Below, in pieces: positions 28,526 through 38,154 of a DNA stretch of 64,000 nucleotides. This DNA comes from Chloroflexota bacterium (GTDB taxonomy: Bacteria; Chloroflexota; Anaerolineae; Aggregatilineales; Phototrophicaceae). The notes under the pieces were generated by a model. That model saw only the letters and a list, made by a program, of their open reading frames with translations. It did no database searches and was not told where the DNA came from. How positions within the stretch are numbered: the stretch's first letter is position 1; each line of letters opens with the position of its first letter. The stretch covers positions 11,508-75,507 of the forward strand of contig WTGC01000045.1 in assembly GCA_011523705.1 (NCBI GenBank). The letters run 5' to 3'. Made by a program: the position numbers and the translations under genes.

Positions 28526-28629
28526 CCCGTAAACGATCGCGAGAAGATCAAGGAGGTGGAGTATAGCCGACACACAAATCGCCAAGGCCCGACACTGGGC
28601 ATCAACTTTCAGCTTTACGGAGGAATGAA

Positions 28630-29913
28630 ATGAGATCCAAATTTGTACGTATCGCATGCGTATTGTTGGCGGTTTCGGTACTTGCGCTGCCAATGGGTTC
28701 CATTCTGGCTCAAGACGACGGGGTCACGCTCATAATCGAAAGCTGGCGCGTCGACGATGCCGACGAATGGAACGACGTGATTCTGCCGGCTTTCGAAGCC
28801 CACTATCCAAACATCAATGTCGACTTTCAGCCGACCATCAATACTCAATACAGCGCCACCTTGGGCACGAAGATTGAAGCGGGCACGGCGGGCGACCTGA
28901 TTATGGTCGAACCCTTTGACTACCGCCTCGAAATGTACCTCAACGGCGACCTGGCCAATCTGAACGACCTGGGCGGCCTGGACAATTTCAGCGCCGGCGC
29001 GCTTAGCGCCTGGAGCACCGATGACGGCGAGCTCTTCGGCGTGCCGCTGGCGGCGGTGATCCATGGCTTTATGTACAACGCCGATATCTTTGCCGAACTC
29101 GGCTTGGAAGAACCCACGACCGCGCAGGAATTTCTCGATCTACTGGAAGCCGTGAAGCAAGACGGCCAGTATGTGCCGCTCGCGATGGGAACGGCTGACG
29201 GCTTTGTGCCCGGTCTGCTGGGTTTGCAGCTGGCGGGCCAGCCCTATTGGCGTGGCGAAGAAGGTCGTCTGGCGCTTATTGATGGCAGCGGTAAGTTCAC
29301 CGACCAAGGTTATATCGATGCCTGGGCCTTCCTGGCAGCGTGGGCGGATTACATGCCCGATGGCTACCAGGCGGTCTCTTACCCGGATATGCAGAATCTC
29401 TTCACCCTGGGCGGCTCGGCAGTATATCCAGCCGGGTCATGGGAAATCTCGATTTTCAACCAGCTGGTGGGGGATGATTTTGCCATCGGCGCTTTCCCGC
29501 CGCCCGTGCCCGAAGATGGCGCGGATTGCTTTATCAACGACCACATGGACATGGGTATGGCCATGAACGCCGATTCCCAGCACCCGGATGAAGCGCAGCT
29601 TTTCCTCGAGTGGCTGGGCTCGGCCGAGTTCGCTGAACTTTGGAATAATGCGCTGCCCGGCTTCTTCGCCATGTCTAACCATTTGGTCGAAGCATCCGAT
29701 CCGATGGTGCAGGAATACGCGGGCTGGCGCGCGAATTGCGGGTCGTCGCCGCGCAACGCCTACGCCATCATCTCGCGGGGTGAACCCAACACCGACAGCG
29801 AGTTGATTCGCGTGACGCAACTGGTCATGAATGGCGAAATGACGCCCCAAGAAGCCGGCGAAACGGTACAGGCAGGCCTCGCCTCCTGGTACGAGCCGCA
29901 AATGGGGGAGTGA
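28630..29913 (+). CDS. family-1 sugar ABC substrate-binding protein
   Basis: Signal peptide MRSKFVRIACVLLAVSVLALPMGSILAQ. Composition is typical of solute-binding family 1. Confidence 0.85.
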   Translation: MRSKFVRIACVLLAVSVLALPMGSILAQDDGVTLIIESWRVDDADEWNDVILPAFEAHYPNINVDFQPTINTQYSATLGTKIEAGTAGDLIMVEPFDYRLEMYLNGDLANLNDLGGLDNFSAGALSAWSTDDGELFGVPLAAVIHGFMYNADIFAELGLEEPTTAQEFLDLLEAVKQDGQYVPLAMGTADGFVPGLLGLQLAGQPYWRGEEGRLALIDGSGKFTDQGYIDAWAFLAAWADYMPDGYQAVSYPDMQNLFTLGGSAVYPAGSWEISIFNQLVGDDFAIGAFPPPVPEDGADCFINDHMDMGMAMNADSQHPDEAQLFLEWLGSAEFAELWNNALPGFFAMSNHLVEASDPMVQEYAGWRANCGSSPRNAYAIISRGEPNTDSELIRVTQLVMNGEMTPQEAGETVQAGLASWYEPQMGE

Positions 29914-29983
29914 GTTTGCGAGTCTGATGAGAGTCTGAAAAAGTGAGCAGACCCAGAATTCTTGCAGCATAGTCGAATTGTAG

Positions 29984-30050
29984 GGGCGGCATACCATGCC
30001 GCCCGAAAACCACGGTTCACAGCGGCAGTGGGCGACTGGATTGGTCGCCC
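29984..30050 (+). terminator. two intercistronic GC hairpins between the binding-protein and permease genes
   Basis: GGGCGGCAT-acc-ATGCCGCCC (29984-30004, 9 bp) and GGGCGAC-tggattg-GTCGCCC (30030-30050, 7 bp). They lie inside a 273-nt gap. No U-tract. Confidence 0.35.
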
Positions 30051-30186
30051 CTATAGGGCTCGCGACCGTTGCATGACTTGCTTGGTTGTACTGAGATATA
30101 TTTCCACGATACTTGCCCCGCCCGAAGCAGATAAGCCTCTCAGAACAGAACTGAGCCAAGGTCGAAGTCTGCCGAGGAGAAATTCA

Positions 30187-31134
30187 ATGACAGCCGGACT
30201 GTCGCGAAGAAACCAACCCAACCCCAATAAGCCCTTTCCCACGCATATCATGGTCTTCCTGGCGCCGGCAGTCTTCGTCTACGGTCTCTTCATGATCTAT
30301 CCCTTGTTTGACTCCTTGCGCCTGGGTTTCTTCGCGCAGGTGACGCGCGGCGTGGAGCAGTTTGTGGGCTTCGACAATTACATAACGCTGATGACGGACG
30401 ACGCTATTTTGCAGCCGCGGCTGCTGAATGCCCTGAAGAACAGCTTCCTCTTCTTTGCCGTCAACATGCTCGTCCAAAATCCAATTGCGCTTATGCTCGC
30501 GGCTGTGCTTTCTACGAAGACCAGAGGCGGTTTGCTTTACCGCGTGCTGATCTTCTCACCGGCTATCCTCTCGCTGGCGATTGCCGGATTTGTCTGGAGA
30601 CTCGTATTAAGCCCGCTCTGGGGCATCGTCTACGATATGTTGAAGGCTTTGGGGCTGGGGGCTTACGCGCAGCCTTGGCTGGGGCTCGAGAGCACTGCGC
30701 TGATCACGCTGGCGCTAATCTCCGCCTGGCAGTTCTTGGGCATACCGATGATGCTCTACTACGCGACCCTGATTAGCATTCCCAACGATCTCTTTGAAGC
30801 CGCCTATGTCGACGGCGCGACTGACTGGCAGGTTTTCTGGCGAATTAAGTTGCCGCTATTGATGCCAATGATCGGCATTATTTCACTGCTGACCTACATC
30901 GGCAACTTCAATGCCTTTGATGTCATCTTCGCGCTGAAAGGCGCGGACGCCGGCCCCAATTACGCCAGCGATACCATGATGACCTTTTTCTACCGCACCT
31001 TCTTCGGGTCGGGATTCCAGAAAGCCGATCCGCACATGGGGGCGGCAGTCGCCGGGACGATGTTTGTCATTCTCATGGCCGGCGTATTGATATACTTCTT
31101 CATCCGTCGGCGAGTCAATTCCTATGAGTTTTGA
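30187..31134 (+). CDS. sugar ABC permease (MalF-like)
   Basis: ATG at 30187 follows GAGGAG. EAA loop FEAAYVDGATDWQVFWRIKLP. The longer track ORF from 29962 would cross the hairpins. Confidence 0.85.
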   Translation: MTAGLSRRNQPNPNKPFPTHIMVFLAPAVFVYGLFMIYPLFDSLRLGFFAQVTRGVEQFVGFDNYITLMTDDAILQPRLLNALKNSFLFFAVNMLVQNPIALMLAAVLSTKTRGGLLYRVLIFSPAILSLAIAGFVWRLVLSPLWGIVYDMLKALGLGAYAQPWLGLESTALITLALISAWQFLGIPMMLYYATLISIPNDLFEAAYVDGATDWQVFWRIKLPLLMPMIGIISLLTYIGNFNAFDVIFALKGADAGPNYASDTMMTFFYRTFFGSGFQKADPHMGAAVAGTMFVILMAGVLIYFFIRRRVNSYEF

Positions 31135-31147
31135 GGCGAGGCGCGTC

Positions 31148-32035
31148 ATGGGATGGAAATCTGACGCCAACAAGCAGCAATTGCGGACGCTCACGCCCGC
31201 CATCGACTGGCGTCATCTGACAACCAAGATTTTGAAGCACTGGATGCTGATTGCCTTTGCCTTGCTTTCTACCGCGCCTGTTGCTCTAGTCATCATCAAT
31301 TCATTCAAGGCAAGGCGGGCCATCTTCAGGAATCCATACCACCTGCCCACCGCGGAGACATTTGACCTGGTCGGCTACGAGACTGTATTCGCAAAGTCCC
31401 AATTTCAGGTCTACTACTTCAACAGTTTATTCGTGACGCTAATTGCCCTCGCTCTCATTCTCTTATTCGGAACCATGGTGGCTTTTGCCCTTGCCGAGTA
31501 TTCCTTCCCGGGAAACAACTTGCTTCGGTTATTTTTCCTGTTGGGCATCATTATACCTATACGATTGGGCTCCGTAAGCCTGCTGCGTTTGATCGACTCT
31601 CTGGATCTTATCGGCACCTTATGGGCACTGATCGTAGTGTATATCGCCGGGGGGCTGCCCTTTGCCGTTTTCATATTGACGCAGTTTATGGCTCAGGTGC
31701 CGGGCGAGTTGAAGGACGCCGCGCGCGTGGACGGCGCCAGTGAATACCGGGTGTTTTGGCTCATCCTACCCATCATCCGCCCGGCGACCGGCACCGTGGC
31801 GGCGATTTCCATCATTCCCATGTGGAACGATCTCTGGTTTCCACTCGTCCTGGCGCCGGGGGAAGCGACGCGGACCGTGACCCTGGGTGCGCAGCAATTC
31901 ATGGGGCAATTCTCCAACGACTGGAACGCTTTGCTGGCGGCGCTTTCGCTCTCGTCAGTTCCCGTATTGATCATCTATTTCATCTCCTCAAAGCAGCTCC
32001 TGCAGGGATTGACCGCTGGCGCCATTAAGAACTAG
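31148..32035 (+). CDS. sugar ABC permease (MalG-like)
   Basis: ATG at 31148. EAA loop KDAARVDGASEYRVFWLILP. C-terminus LLQGLTAGAIKN. Confidence 0.85.
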   Translation: MGWKSDANKQQLRTLTPAIDWRHLTTKILKHWMLIAFALLSTAPVALVIINSFKARRAIFRNPYHLPTAETFDLVGYETVFAKSQFQVYYFNSLFVTLIALALILLFGTMVAFALAEYSFPGNNLLRLFFLLGIIIPIRLGSVSLLRLIDSLDLIGTLWALIVVYIAGGLPFAVFILTQFMAQVPGELKDAARVDGASEYRVFWLILPIIRPATGTVAAISIIPMWNDLWFPLVLAPGEATRTVTLGAQQFMGQFSNDWNALLAALSLSSVPVLIIYFISSKQLLQGLTAGAIKN

Positions 32036-32093
32036 AGCAAAGCCAGGATGGGAGAGCAATGTTTCACATAGCATTGAGAAACGACAGCGGACT

Positions 32094-33218
32094 ATGAAAG
32101 GCAAAGTCAAGCTGGGAATCGCTGGCTGTGGGTTCGCCGGCACACAAACGATGTACGCCCCCATTCTGCGCTTGCTTGAGAAGGGTCGGGTCACGGCGCT
32201 GATGGACCCGGATCAGGCGGCGCTGGACTTTATGACCCAGAACTACGGCGACTTCGATTGCTACAAGGACTACGGCGAGTTTCTGGCGCATGCCGATATC
32301 GATGCGGTGCTGGTCGCTTCGCCCGTTCATTTGCATGAGCGACAAGTCATTCAAGCGGCGCAAGCGGGCAAACATATCCTGTGCGAAAAACCAATGGCGC
32401 CTACGATTGAGACATGTGATCGTATGCGTAAAGCGGCCCGGACGCACGATGTGACGCTTATGATCGGCTTCGTCAAGCGCTTCGACAAGAGCCTCCAATT
32501 GGCGCAGAATCTCATACAGGCTGGGAGGCTAGGCCAGCTGTTTCACATTCGCGCTGAGGTGAGCTGGTGCCACGACCTGTCGCCGCTCGGCTTCAACTGG
32601 CGGCAGTCCTTGCGTACGCTGGGCGGCATCTTTCAGGACAATGCCAGTCATATCGTGGATCTGTGCCGCTGGTGGGCTGGCGAGGTTCAAAGTGTCAGCG
32701 GGCAGGCGATGATCCTCAGGCCCGACTGGGAAGTCGAAACGCATGCCCATGCTACCCTTCGACACGAAAGTGGCGTCGTTTCCACCATTCATGCCAGCAA
32801 TGTGTCGCAGAAGCCGATGACTGAGTATTTTCTGATCGAAGGTACGCAAGCGGCGCTGGAGCTTCACTTTGGCCCGGCAATGAAGTACAGCTCGCCGGAG
32901 CCGTATTCCATCCGCCTGTGGGAGCGCGGCCAAACGCAGACAGAATTGACTCTCTTCAATTACGGCAATCTCGACCGGGAATTGCGCGAACACGGACCCT
33001 ACAAGCGGCAGGTTGACCACTTCTGCGAATGCATACTGGAGAGGAGAGCGCCCGCGATAGACGGCTTGACCGGGCGTAAAGCCATTGAAGTGGTCAACGC
33101 AGTCTATCTGTCTTCATGGCAGGACCAAACGATTAAACTGCCGCTGTCTGGATCGGGTGACCTGGAGCGCATATTCCGCGACATGCGGATGCAATTCGGA
33201 GGTCAAGACGATGCATAA
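32094..33218 (+). CDS. Gfo/Idh/MocA-family NAD(P)-dependent oxidoreductase
   Basis: N-terminal Rossmann motif KLGIAGCGFAG and an ILCEKPMA motif. Confidence 0.85.
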   Translation: MKGKVKLGIAGCGFAGTQTMYAPILRLLEKGRVTALMDPDQAALDFMTQNYGDFDCYKDYGEFLAHADIDAVLVASPVHLHERQVIQAAQAGKHILCEKPMAPTIETCDRMRKAARTHDVTLMIGFVKRFDKSLQLAQNLIQAGRLGQLFHIRAEVSWCHDLSPLGFNWRQSLRTLGGIFQDNASHIVDLCRWWAGEVQSVSGQAMILRPDWEVETHAHATLRHESGVVSTIHASNVSQKPMTEYFLIEGTQAALELHFGPAMKYSSPEPYSIRLWERGQTQTELTLFNYGNLDRELREHGPYKRQVDHFCECILERRAPAIDGLTGRKAIEVVNAVYLSSWQDQTIKLPLSGSGDLERIFRDMRMQFGGQDDA

Positions 33219-36200
33219 GGCGCGCTGGACCTTGGAGAAAATCTCCGCTCGTCTGCAGTTCCTATTCGAGGCGGCGATTTACCGGCGGAGCCAGCCCCTG
33301 AGCCCCTTTATGTTCCATGCCGGTTCTCAACCGATGGTGGCGATTGATGTAGACGACCGCGACTGGGAGGTCATCGAACCCGGCAGCTATTGGGGCGAAC
33401 TGCGTCAGGAATTCACGCTGCGGACTCGTTTCACGGTGCCCGCGGATTGGGAGAAGCCGGTCGCGCTTTCTCTCCCCCTGGGCCTTAGCAAGAGCCTGGA
33501 AGCGTTGTCCTTCCTCTATGGGCCCGAGGCATTGGCCTACCTGGATGGCGTCGCCTATCGCGGCGTCGACCCCAATCATCAGGAATTGCTGCTGCCTGAC
33601 CGCGTACTTGACGGCGAGGAACATCAGCTCGCAATGCATGGTTGGGCCGGCATCAAAGACGAGCGCTACGAAATGGGACTTCCCCGCCTGGTACAGATCG
33701 ATCAGCCGACGCGTGACTTCATGACCGCTGCCGAAACCGCACTCGAAGTCGCCATACAGCTCCCGGAAAACAGCCCCATTCGTGTCAATCTGATCAACGC
33801 TTTGGATGCGGCACTTCTGCTGCTCGATTTGCGCGAGCCATTGGAGGCAGCCTTCTACGAGAGTGTTCATGCCGCCCATCGCGAATTGATGGAGGGGATA
33901 GCCAGTGCGGGTCCGCCGATGGATGTCGTCGTTGCTGGCGTCGGTCACGCCCATATTGACGTAGCCTGGCTGTGGCCGCTGCGCCAGACGCGCCAGAAGG
34001 TCGCCCGAACCTTCAGCACGGCGCTGCGCTTGATGGAGCAATATCCGGAATTCACCTTCACCCAGAGTCAGCCGCAGCTTTACCAGTACATAGCCGATGA
34101 TCATCCGGAGATGATGGCGCAGATCAAGAAGCGCGTCGCCGAAGGGCGTTGGGAGACGATTGGCGGCATGTGGGTGGAAGCCGACTGCAACTTGACGGGC
34201 GCGGAAGCGCTCGCGCGCCAGTTCCTGCTTGGTCGCCGCTACTTCCTGGAAACCTTTGGCGAGCGCGAATCGCCAATTCTGTGGCTACCCGATGTATTTG
34301 GCTATGCCTGGCAGCTCCCCCAATTGATTCAGCAAGCCGGGCTCTCGTATTTTGTGACCGCCAAACTCAGTTGGAATCAGTACAATCGCATTCCCTACGA
34401 TCAATTCTGGTGGCAGGGTTTGGACGGCAGCAGAATCCTGACCTATTTCATCACCACTTCAAAGCCCGGTTGGTGGGGCGCCACTTACAGCGCCGACCTG
34501 TCGCCTGAAGAGATCATCGCCACCTGGGATGGCAGCCAGCAAAAGGAACTGCGCAGCGAGTTCATGATTGCCTACGGGCATGGCGATGGGGGCGGGGGAC
34601 CGACGCGCGCCATGCTGGACCGCAGCCGCGAGATGGCGGCGCATCCCGGCTTGCCCAAAGTACGGCTGAGTACCGCTATCGACTTCATGGAGCAGCTCGA
34701 ACGTGATTCTGGTGATAAGCTGCCCACCTGGAATGGCGAGTTATACCTAGAGCTGCACCGAGGCACTTATACCAGCCAGGCGCGCAACAAACGCGAAAAT
34801 CGCAAGTGCGAAGTCCTGCTTCATGACGCCGAATTCTTGGCGGCCTGGGCGTCTCTTAATGGCGATTTCGCTTATCCGCATGAAGAACTTCGCCGCGCCT
34901 GGGAATTGCTCTGCTTGAACCAGTTCCACGACATCATACCCGGCTCGTCCATTCAGCAGGTCTATGCGGACAGCCTGCGCGACTACGAAGAAATCCGGCG
35001 CATTGGCGAGCAAATCCGCGAGGAATCCTTGGTCGCCCTAGATCGTCTCCTGCCGTCGGAGACTGCGCTGGCGATCTACAATCCCACGTCTTTCCCACGA
35101 TCGGAAGTGGTTGAGGTCTCCGGCGAATGGCTTTCGGATGAGACGATCGTAACCACCTTGGAAGGTAGGACTCTGCCGGCGCAACGATTCATTGACGGAC
35201 AATTGATCCAATGCCCGGTCGTGCCTCCGTATGGAGTTCTGGCGCTGCGCATTTGTACCGGCGAGATTCCCGCGACTGAGAACCAACTCTACGTCGGTGA
35301 CATAAGCGGAGCGCCGAAGGATGCGGATGCTTCGGAAATGTGCTCGATTGTGATGGAGAATACACTATTGCGAGTTGAGTTCGATCAGTCTGGCGACATC
35401 GTGAGGCTGTTTGACAAGTGCGCGGATCGCGAAGTTCTGGCTTCCGGACAAAGAGCCAATCAGTGGCAGGTATTTGAAGATCGCCCATTGGACTGGGAGG
35501 CTTGGGATATTGACATCTTCTACGATGAAAAGATGTGGCTGGCTGATCCGGCAGATAGCATCAAAGTCGTGGAGAGCGGTCCCTTGCGCGCATGCCTGGA
35601 GATCAAACGGCGCGCCTTCAATAGCGGCATCACGCAGCGCGTCTATATGGTCGCGGACAGCGCCCAGATCGATTTTGATACCTGGATAAACTGGCAGGAG
35701 CGCCGCCTGCTGCTCAAGGTCGCTTTCCCAGTGGACATCCTTAGTCCGAGAGCGACTTACGAGATTCAGTGGGGCAATGTTGAGCGCCCAACCCATAGCA
35801 ACACCTCATGGGATTGGGCTCAATTTGAAAGCTGCGCCCATAAGTGGGTCGATCTGAGCGAGGGCGATTACGGCGTCAGCTTGCTAAATGACTGCAAATA
35901 CGGCTACGACATTGCCGGAAATGTGTTGCGGTTGACCGCCTTGAAAGGGGCGATGTTCCCCGATCCTGATGCTGATTTGGGCGAACACCATTTCAGCTAC
36001 AGCTTACTGCCGCACACTGGCGATTGGCGCAATGGCACAGTACCGGCTGCCTATAGCCTGAACAATCCGCTCATCGTCCACCGCGTACAGGACGAGCCTC
36101 AGGGCGCTCTTGAAGTAGATCGTAAGTCGCTTATTCATGTCGATGCCCCTCAAATCATCGTTGAAACTGTGAAGCGCGCCGAGGATGGAAACGGCTTAAT

Positions 36201-36408
36201 CGTGCGTCTCTACGAGCATGAACGAACTCATCAAGTGTTTGATTTGCATGCGGGTTTTCCGCTGGCAGAAGTACATCGCTGCAACTTGCTTGAAGAAAAC
36301 GAAGCCTGCCTGGCTGTGACTCAGTACAGAGCTGCCGTGCCTGCGCGCCCTTTTCAGATCGTGACGCTTCGTTTGAAGCCGGCGACTGAAAAGCCTGCGA
36401 CAAATTAA
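33211..36408 (+). CDS. glycoside hydrolase family 38 (alpha-mannosidase-like)
   Basis: ATG at 33211 overlaps the preceding stop by 8 nt and follows GGAGG. Contains GVGHAHIDVAWLW, WLPDVFGY and LHRGTYTSQ blocks. No signal peptide. Confidence 0.85.
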   Translation: MHKARWTLEKISARLQFLFEAAIYRRSQPLSPFMFHAGSQPMVAIDVDDRDWEVIEPGSYWGELRQEFTLRTRFTVPADWEKPVALSLPLGLSKSLEALSFLYGPEALAYLDGVAYRGVDPNHQELLLPDRVLDGEEHQLAMHGWAGIKDERYEMGLPRLVQIDQPTRDFMTAAETALEVAIQLPENSPIRVNLINALDAALLLLDLREPLEAAFYESVHAAHRELMEGIASAGPPMDVVVAGVGHAHIDVAWLWPLRQTRQKVARTFSTALRLMEQYPEFTFTQSQPQLYQYIADDHPEMMAQIKKRVAEGRWETIGGMWVEADCNLTGAEALARQFLLGRRYFLETFGERESPILWLPDVFGYAWQLPQLIQQAGLSYFVTAKLSWNQYNRIPYDQFWWQGLDGSRILTYFITTSKPGWWGATYSADLSPEEIIATWDGSQQKELRSEFMIAYGHGDGGGGPTRAMLDRSREMAAHPGLPKVRLSTAIDFMEQLERDSGDKLPTWNGELYLELHRGTYTSQARNKRENRKCEVLLHDAEFLAAWASLNGDFAYPHEELRRAWELLCLNQFHDIIPGSSIQQVYADSLRDYEEIRRIGEQIREESLVALDRLLPSETALAIYNPTSFPRSEVVEVSGEWLSDETIVTTLEGRTLPAQRFIDGQLIQCPVVPPYGVLALRICTGEIPATENQLYVGDISGAPKDADASEMCSIVMENTLLRVEFDQSGDIVRLFDKCADREVLASGQRANQWQVFEDRPLDWEAWDIDIFYDEKMWLADPADSIKVVESGPLRACLEIKRRAFNSGITQRVYMVADSAQIDFDTWINWQERRLLLKVAFPVDILSPRATYEIQWGNVERPTHSNTSWDWAQFESCAHKWVDLSEGDYGVSLLNDCKYGYDIAGNVLRLTALKGAMFPDPDADLGEHHFSYSLLPHTGDWRNGTVPAAYSLNNPLIVHRVQDEPQGALEVDRKSLIHVDAPQIIVETVKRAEDGNGLIVRLYEHERTHQVFDLHAGFPLAEVHRCNLLEENEACLAVTQYRAAVPARPFQIVTLRLKPATEKPATN

Positions 36409-36422
36409 GAGGACTCCTGGCA

Positions 36423-37439
36423 ATGAAATCACTCATCTCCATGGGTCCGCGTCAGGTTGAGTTCGGGGAACGGGAAGAGCCGAGTTTATTGCCCGGGCAG
36501 GTTTTGATCCAAGTCGCGGCCTGCGGCATTTGCGGCACCGATCTGCATGTATACAAGGGCTTGCCGGCGGCATGGCCGGTTCCAGGCATTAGGGGACATG
36601 AGTTCGCCGGGACTGTGCTCGCCTGGGCTGATGATGTACAGGGATTTCAGGATGGCGATCGAGTCGTCGTGCAACCGCTGGTGTACTGCGGAATATGCCG
36701 CTTCTGCCGTGCGGGTCAAACCAATCTCTGCGCTAACCTGTATCTCATAGGTGGCGAGCAGCCAGGTGGATTTGCTGAGCGAGTAGCCGTGCCGGCGAGT
36801 TCTCTCTATAAAGTACCGGAGAATCTAAGTCTCAAGCAGGCTGCCCTCGTTGAAACACTGGCGACTGCGGTACACGCCTTCGAGCAGAACGTTTCCGGCA
36901 TCCTGCGCAGCGTGGTCGTGCTTGGGGCTGGCGCACAGGGACTCTTCGCAGTCCAACTTGCCCGGCTGGCCGGCGCGAAACTGATTGCGGTATCCGAGAC
37001 CTTGCCTCACCGGCTTGCCATGGCACAGAAGCTGGGCGCGACCCACGTCATCAAGGCCGGGCTAGAAGACATCGTTGAAGCCATACGCGCATTGACAGAC
37101 GGCGAGGGCGTCGACCTGGTGATTGAAGCAGCGGGGAAGGCGGTTACCCGCCAGCAGGCTACGCAGTTGCTGCGCCCGGGCGGGACGGCGATCTTTCTTG
37201 CGCTGGGCGCCGAAACAACACCGATCGACTTCATGTCATTGGTCTCCAGCGAACTTCACCTGCGGGGGACGCAGTGCTATACGGACGCGGATTTTTCCTT
37301 GGCAATCGAGTTGCTGGCCAGCGGAGAGATCGCTGTCGATCCGATTGTTACTACGATGCCCCTCGAAAAAGGGGCAGCCGCCTTTGAAATGCTGGCAAGC
37401 AATCCCGGTGAAATGATCAAAGTAATATTGGCGCCATAG
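36423..37439 (+). CDS. zinc-dependent medium-chain alcohol/polyol dehydrogenase
   Basis: Catalytic-zinc region CGICGTDLH...GHEFAGTV and structural-zinc cluster CGICRFCRAGQTNLC. Rossmann motif VLGAGAQG. Confidence 0.85.
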   Translation: MKSLISMGPRQVEFGEREEPSLLPGQVLIQVAACGICGTDLHVYKGLPAAWPVPGIRGHEFAGTVLAWADDVQGFQDGDRVVVQPLVYCGICRFCRAGQTNLCANLYLIGGEQPGGFAERVAVPASSLYKVPENLSLKQAALVETLATAVHAFEQNVSGILRSVVVLGAGAQGLFAVQLARLAGAKLIAVSETLPHRLAMAQKLGATHVIKAGLEDIVEAIRALTDGEGVDLVIEAAGKAVTRQQATQLLRPGGTAIFLALGAETTPIDFMSLVSSELHLRGTQCYTDADFSLAIELLASGEIAVDPIVTTMPLEKGAAAFEMLASNPGEMIKVILAP

Positions 37440-37447
37440 GCTGAACT

Positions 37448-38092
37448 GTGTCCAAGCGCAAATATAGCTCGCCAGATTCTATCGCGATCACGCGAGTCAA
37501 GCAATCCTTGCAGACAAACGCAAAGCGTGCGTATGAAATCAGGTTACAGACAGGCAACGGAGGCAATCTGAGCGGGCGCGTGCCAGGCACAGATCTGATT
37601 GTCATCAAGGCGAGCGGCTGCTCCTTTGAACAGTGTCAGCCCGACAACCTGATCACGGTGACACTCGGTGGCACACAAATTGATGGCGAGGGCATGCCTT
37701 CCCAGGAGCTGGCTACTCATTTGGCGATCTATAAACATAGACCGGACGTACACGGCATCTTTCACAGTCACTCGCCCTGGGCAATCGCCTGCGCTAGCCG
37801 TGGTGATACGATCCCGACGGTGACTTTTCACGCCAAGTCGAAGCTGGGACGCATTCCAATTCTGCGAGTTCCTGACGAAGCGACCCCAGCCAAACTGGAC
37901 GCCATCAAGGCGCTGCTGGCGGCCGATTGCAATCTGCAGGCATTTGTTCAGGACCGGCACGGCATATTCAGCTTTGCCAGCTCGATAGAACTGGCCCGCT
38001 ATAATGCTGAACTTGTCGAGGAGACCGCTCAAATTGCTTGGTTTATGGCGATAAGCGACTATCTGGCATTGAATCGCGGACCTGACGCTTAA
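37448..38092 (+). CDS. class II aldolase/adducin-family protein (aldolase, epimerase or decarboxylase)
   Basis: GTG start. Contains GNGGNLSGRV, a phosphate-binding-like loop, and HSHSPWA zinc ligands. Confidence 0.75.
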   Translation: MSKRKYSSPDSIAITRVKQSLQTNAKRAYEIRLQTGNGGNLSGRVPGTDLIVIKASGCSFEQCQPDNLITVTLGGTQIDGEGMPSQELATHLAIYKHRPDVHGIFHSHSPWAIACASRGDTIPTVTFHAKSKLGRIPILRVPDEATPAKLDAIKALLAADCNLQAFVQDRHGIFSFASSIELARYNAELVEETAQIAWFMAISDYLALNRGPDA

Positions 38093-38154
38093 TCCAGAAG
38101 GCGGGTTCAACAATGCAAATTGCGATTAAGCCTGGGAACTAAGGAATAATCACT

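Noticed and set aside
29962-30186. Long N-terminal extensions offered by the ORF track (29962, 33085, 43302, 24724, 48591, 62416, 62557)
   Set aside because: Internal starts with good RBSs begin exactly at family-typical N-termini or signal peptides. The extensions would overlap upstream genes or hairpins.
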